DNA from: a bacterium
Lineage (GTDB): Bacteria; Bacillota; Clostridia; Oscillospirales; Acutalibacteraceae
Reading direction: 5' to 3'
NCBI GenBank assembly: GCA_963652165.1
Contig: CAVJRM010000031.1
Coordinates: forward strand, 1 to 18,428
DNA length: 18,428 nt
Shown: in pieces, positions 15,038 to 18,428 of the stretch
How positions within the stretch are numbered: position 1 is the first letter of the stretch
Layout: each line of letters starts with the position of its first letter
The notes under the pieces: generated by a model
What the model was told of the DNA's origin: nothing
The model's input: only the letters and a program-made list of their open reading frames with translations
Database searches by the model: none
Program-made: the position numbers and the translations under genes

Positions 15038-16786
15038 TTATTTCACTCTTAATCTTTCACATAACTCTTTATCGGGTTTTACCCACATAGTATTATAGGT
15101 ATGGTATATTACCATTCCTTTTTTACCGTTCTTTGGCTTTTTAAGCTCTCGTATTTCTGTATAATCAACGGCAACTTGGCTTGAATCCTTTGCGGCGCTG
15201 TTATATGCAGCGATAACTGCCGCTTGCCTGCATGTCCGTTCGGGAATTATATCACCGTTCCCGATTACAACAACGTGAGAACCGGGATAGGATTGAGTAT
15301 GAAACCAAGAATCGGTTTTATCTGAAGATTTTAAACTAAGCATTTCGTTTTGAATATTGTTTCTGCCTGCTAAAATTATATATCCGTCATCAGATATATA
15401 TTTTATTGGTGGCAATGCTTTTTGCCTTTTGGTGCTCTTTGATGTACGTTTAAGATATCCTTCATCATATAGCTCGGATTTTATTTCGGAAATTTCAGAA
15501 AAACCGGATGATCTTTTTACCGCATCCAAAACACTCTCTAAATATTTAATTTCGATTTTACTTTCTTCAATTAAATTATCCAGCAATTTTTCCGCATTTT
15601 TCTTTTTATTGTATTCTTTAAAATATTTTTGTGCATTTTGAGCAGGGGATAAAGCAGGATCGGCTTTTATACGAATCAAATTGTAGTTATCATAAAAATT
15701 TTGAACATCAAAGTATAATGAACCCTTTTGTAAAGTATATTGATTTGCCAAAATTAACTCTGCATTTATTCTGAAAGTGTCCTTATCTTTACAATCTTCA
15801 AGTTCTTTTGTTCTTGTTTCGAGTTTTCTTTGAGAGCGGGCGATCAAATTGCTTAATGTTTTTTGTAATTCTTTACTTTGCTGATTTGTTCTTTCTGTTG
15901 TTGATTTTTCAGCATAAAAAGAGTCTATTAAATCAGAGTAATTATCAAAAATTTTTGATTTTATCTTGAAACCGTATTGGGTTATATCAGTAAATGAAAA
16001 ATCATAAGGTAAATTATGCTCTTTAACAAGTAAAGTAGGGGTTCCACCATTTAACAAGCAGTTTTTAAGTTTGCTTATTTCTTCCGTTAATTTATTGAAG
16101 TGAATTTCCGACATTTCACCCACAGAAATATCATTTCCTGTTACTCTGCACGCAATTTCTCTGCTTATTAGAGGAGAAACTCCTTCAATTGTACTTAAAA
16201 TTGCAGCTGAAAGCATTTTGCCGGTTTGAAGTTGTATTTGTTTAACTATAATTTCAATTTCTGTATTTAAAATATTTATCTTATTTTGTGTTGGCGGAAG
16301 CTGATATTTAAAGCCGGGTTGAATTTGCCTTATGGAAGATGTAGTCATATCTGCTTTTTTTATGGCCTCTAAAATTATGCCCTCTGAATTTATAATAATA
16401 AAATTACTGCGTTTTGCCATTATTTCAAGAGCAAGCCTAAATGTTACAGAATCGCCTATTTCGTTTGTACCTTTCAAATCTATAAAGACTATTCTATCTA
16501 ATCCAACCTGAGTGATATCGGTAATTAAACAGCTTGTAAGGTGTTTTCTTAAAAACATACATAGCATTGGAGGAGCTGAAGGATTTTCAGGTTGAATGTT
16601 TGTCAGATTAATTCTCGGTATGCTTGATGAAGCAGAGATAAAAAGCCTTTTTGCTCCATCTCTTTTTCTTATGTTAAATATTATTTCATCTTTTGCGGGC
16701 TGGTAAATTTTTTCAATTCTGCAGCCGATAATTTGATTTTTAAGCTCTTCAGTCAAAAGATGTAAAGTTAAACCGTCAAGAGGCAT
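15038..16786 (-). CDS. rqcH: Ribosome quality control protein RqcH (NFACT family; FbpA/YloA-like)
   Basis: NFACT-N start MPLDGLTLHLLTEEL. The conserved Asp97-Arg98 pair is present (VGLDRIVF). Central coiled coil, then C-terminal NFACT-R motifs (GRNNIQNE, WFHTQSYPGSHVV). The ATG overlaps the NIF3 stop codon (TAATG). Confidence 0.9.
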   Translation of the reverse strand: MPLDGLTLHLLTEELKNQIIGCRIEKIYQPAKDEIIFNIRKRDGAKRLFISASSSIPRINLTNIQPENPSAPPMLCMFLRKHLTSCLITDITQVGLDRIVFIDLKGTNEIGDSVTFRLALEIMAKRSNFIIINSEGIILEAIKKADMTTSSIRQIQPGFKYQLPPTQNKINILNTEIEIIVKQIQLQTGKMLSAAILSTIEGVSPLISREIACRVTGNDISVGEMSEIHFNKLTEEISKLKNCLLNGGTPTLLVKEHNLPYDFSFTDITQYGFKIKSKIFDNYSDLIDSFYAEKSTTERTNQQSKELQKTLSNLIARSQRKLETRTKELEDCKDKDTFRINAELILANQYTLQKGSLYFDVQNFYDNYNLIRIKADPALSPAQNAQKYFKEYNKKKNAEKLLDNLIEESKIEIKYLESVLDAVKRSSGFSEISEIKSELYDEGYLKRTSKSTKRQKALPPIKYISDDGYIILAGRNNIQNEMLSLKSSDKTDSWFHTQSYPGSHVVVIGNGDIIPERTCRQAAVIAAYNSAAKDSSQVAVDYTEIRELKKPKNGKKGMVIYHTYNTMWVKPDKELCERLRVK

Positions 16787-17547
16787 TATATATTATCTCC
16801 CGTAAATTCTGTAGGTGGTGTTTGCTTTAGAATTAAGCACTCAATTTTAAATTTATTTTCTATTTTTCCCTTTAAGAATGGTATAACAGGATTCTCTGTT
16901 TCAAAATGTCCTGCACAGAAGATAGAGAGCCCTAATTCCTTTGCTTTTATAAACTCATGGTGCTTAACTTCTCCTGTAACAAAAGCATCGGCTCCGTTAG
17001 CGATCGCTTCATATAAATATTCGCCGGCTGCACCACCGCAGACTGCCACTTTGCTGATGGGCTTATTTGCATCCGCATAAATAACAGGGACGGATAATTT
17101 ATTTGATATTATTTTTGAAAGCTCTTTTGCTGTAACTGTATTAATATCACCGATATGGCACATTTTGGCGTCTGTATCTGTATCTAAAGCTTTTATATTG
17201 TTAAGACCTAAAGTTTTCGCGAGAACAGTGTTAACTCCGGGCTCGGATTTATCAAGGCAAGTATGAGCACACAAAACGTTTATATTGTTTTTTATTGCCA
17301 TATGAACAGCACTGTTTGTATCAACAGATTTAAGCGGATTAAAAATGATAGGATGATGAGTGATAATAAGATCACAGTTATTTCTTGCGGCATCTAAAAC
17401 GGTTTCTTTAGTTGCATCAAGTGCAAATCCGATTTTACTGATTTCATTATTTAGATTTCCGATTAAAAGCCCACTATTATCCCATTCGCATTGGCTGTCA
17501 AATGGAGCAAACGAATCGATATAATCATATATTTCTTTGATTATCAT
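16786..17547 (-). CDS. Nif3-like dinuclear metal centre protein, short form (253 aa, no inserted PII-like domain)
   Basis: NIF3 motifs WDNSGL, IITHHP, AHTCLDK and CAGHFETE. 23-nt overlap with the trmK 3' end. Confidence 0.88.
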   Translation of the reverse strand: MIIKEIYDYIDSFAPFDSQCEWDNSGLLIGNLNNEISKIGFALDATKETVLDAARNNCDLIITHHPIIFNPLKSVDTNSAVHMAIKNNINVLCAHTCLDKSEPGVNTVLAKTLGLNNIKALDTDTDAKMCHIGDINTVTAKELSKIISNKLSVPVIYADANKPISKVAVCGGAAGEYLYEAIANGADAFVTGEVKHHEFIKAKELGLSIFCAGHFETENPVIPFLKGKIENKFKIECLILKQTPPTEFTGDNI

Positions 17548-18217
17548 TTATAATTACCTCTGCATCTTCAATAATTTTGCTTAATTTATCATGAATCTCT
17601 TTTGATTTGTATTTACCTTCTGCCTCGCATCTTACTTTGAGAAGCTTTAAATTTTTTTCGGTGATTTTTTTACTGCATTCATCTTTGTTAAATATTAAAT
17701 CTCCAAAGTAAATATGCCAATCAGGCTTATTTATTTTTTCTCCGATAAATTCGGCACATATTATATTGTAATATCTACCTGCATCCTTACATGCTTTCTC
17801 TGCAATAATTTTAAATCCGTTATTGATTAAATATTCTCTTACATCTTCGCTGTGCGATTGGGGCTGTAAAATCAGCCTGTATGCAGGATTTTTAAGCCAT
17901 TCCGTTTTTGATAAAATATCTCTGATTAGGGTGCCGCCCATACCGCAAATAATTAAATCATCTGCATCGTCTGGATTAATATTTTCAAATCCGTCTGATT
18001 GTCTTAATTCAATTTTACTTTCAAGGTTATATTCATTGATTGTATTTTCTGCGTTTATTAGCGGCCCTTTTCTTAAATCCGAACCGATAACAAAAGGTGA
18101 AATATTATGTATAACAAGATATGCAGGCAAATATGCATGGTCTGTTCCTATATCAGCAACCCTTGAGCCTGCTCTTACAAATTCTGCAACTGTTTTTAAT
18201 CTAACACTAATTTCCAT
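17525..18217 (-). CDS. trmK: tRNA (adenine22-N1)-methyltransferase TrmK
   Basis: RLKTVAEFV...VADIGTDHAYLPAYL and LIICGMGGTLI, which are typical TrmK/YqfN motifs. It lies upstream of a NIF3 homolog, as in the Firmicutes trmK-yqfO arrangement. Confidence 0.88.
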   Translation of the reverse strand: MEISVRLKTVAEFVRAGSRVADIGTDHAYLPAYLVIHNISPFVIGSDLRKGPLINAENTINEYNLESKIELRQSDGFENINPDDADDLIICGMGGTLIRDILSKTEWLKNPAYRLILQPQSHSEDVREYLINNGFKIIAEKACKDAGRYYNIICAEFIGEKINKPDWHIYFGDLIFNKDECSKKITEKNLKLLKVRCEAEGKYKSKEIHDKLSKIIEDAEVIINDNQRNI

Positions 18218-18254
18218 TATTTATCTCTCATTTATTTTTTTAAAATTATGGCTG

Positions 18255-18298
18255 ATTGTATAATCAAGTTGAACATATTGAAATAAAATAATCCATAG
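18255..18298. repeat. Right copy of the inverted repeat shared with 6..48 (candidate IS left terminal repeat)
   Basis: The reverse complement reads ctatggattatt, 15 nt, caacttg, attatacaat, paralleling 6..48. It lies 59..102 nt upstream of the transposase ATG. Confidence 0.4.
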
Positions 18299-18362
18299 CG
18301 GAAAATTCCGAGTAGAATGTAAGTGACCAAACCAACATCCAAAAGGAGCATCCGCTATGGAT
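18291..18362 (+). promoter_or_regulatory. 12-bp perfect inverted repeat able to sequester the transposase start codon in an RNA stem
   Basis: atccatagcgga (18291..18302) and tccgctatggat (18351..18362) are exact reverse complements separated by 48 nt. The 3' arm covers the ATG (18357..18359) and begins 2 nt after the AGGAG RBS (18344..18348). Confidence 0.45.
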
Positions 18363-18428
18363 CAAGTACATTATACCACAACAGAGCATAAAAAGGGACA
18401 ACATCTTACATTTGAAGAGCGAGTTTTG
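18357..18428 (+). mobile_element. 5' end (24 codons) of a probable IS30-family transposase gene, truncated by the window edge
   Basis: MDQVHYTTTEHKKGQHLTFEERVL. The KGxHLTxEER pattern is typical of the N-terminal HTH region of IS30-type transposases. Good RBS. Only 24 aa are visible, so the family assignment is tentative. Confidence 0.4.

Noticed and set aside
15357-18263. Plus-strand ORFs 15357..15641 and 17823..18263
   Set aside because: They are antisense shadows of rqcH and trmK. Their hydrophobic, Ser/Leu-rich translations are typical of the reverse frame of AT-rich genes.

Overview
AT-rich, Firmicutes/Clostridia-like chromosomal segment with 16 complete CDS, one tRNA gene and the first 24 codons of a probable IS30-family transposase. 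Only two complete genes are on the + strand. From high to low coordinates on the minus strand: trmK, a NIF3 homolog and rqcH are translationally coupled (18217..15038). An MBOAT O-acyltransferase and a DHHW (AlgJ/AlgX-like) protein (13350..10827) face a divergently transcribed, secreted LCAT-like alpha/beta hydrolase (+, 13476..14969). Then come a GH125 alpha-mannosidase-like protein with an ABM-domain protein, tRNA-Thr(GGU), trmO, a split ChrA transporter pair and a TagF-like glycerophosphotransferase with an unassigned N-terminal domain. A 79-aa membrane protein (+) follows, then a circularly permuted GH3 glycosidase and an OmpR/HisKA two-component pair. Most of this is housekeeping or cell-envelope content; I saw no CRISPR array, defence or toxin genes. 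Four things deserve a second look. (1) The MBOAT, DHHW and secreted LCAT-like genes form a possible three-enzyme extracytoplasmic acylation module. (2) tRNA-Thr(GGU) sits directly upstream of trmO, whose E. coli homolog modifies that tRNA, with only a strong intrinsic terminator between them. (3) The TagF-like enzyme is an orphan with a novel N-terminal region. (4) An imperfect inverted repeat of about 45 nt occurs at both window edges. The right-hand copy precedes the transposase start and forms a 12-bp stem covering its start codon. All functional calls rest on motifs recognised by eye; no database search was run.
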